The notes under the pieces are model-generated. The model saw nothing but the letters and a program-made list of their open reading frames with translations. It was not told the origin of the DNA and searched no databases. Shown piece by piece: positions 63,992-64,000 of a stretch of 64,000 bases of DNA. Positions within the stretch are counted from its first letter, which is position 1. Each line of letters begins with the position of its first letter. A program made the translations under genes and the position numbers. This DNA comes from Nemertoderma westbladi (Eukaryota > Animalia > Xenacoelomorpha): contig JAUCBJ010007707.1 in NCBI GenBank assembly GCA_032718475.1, positions 1-64,000 of the forward strand, in the 5' to 3' direction.

Positions 63992-64000
63992 TAATTTAGA

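Overview
AT-rich eukaryotic (probably invertebrate animal) genomic DNA that is mostly repeats. Two host genes are visible. One is the last four coding exons of a spliced glutamine synthetase (GS type II, minus strand, 1155-6968); its 5' exons were not found in the window. The other is an intronless ACSF2-like acyl-CoA ligase (62243-63991, plus strand). The GS region holds a decayed RTE-type LINE and a CRE-like LINE fragment in one intron, plus a foldback element and a MITE nearby. Next come a 15.6-kb array of 48-bp repeats and three related BEL/Pao LTR retrotransposons: remnant C (23636-26159), element A (26463-41767, minus, TSD GCACA) and element B (46722-60861, plus, TSD CTATC). Both full-length copies lack reverse transcriptase, and no copy has a recognisable tRNA primer-binding site. 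A carries an extra zinc-knuckle ORF in its 3' region. B has near-identical LTRs and one long in-frame-deleted Gag-protease ORF. The most striking feature lies inside B: a non-autonomous Helitron carrying ten co-oriented CTCF-like motifs (core plus upstream motif) spaced 146-148 bp apart, a candidate mobile insulator or nucleosome-phasing array. All calls come from reading the sequence by eye; no database searches were run.
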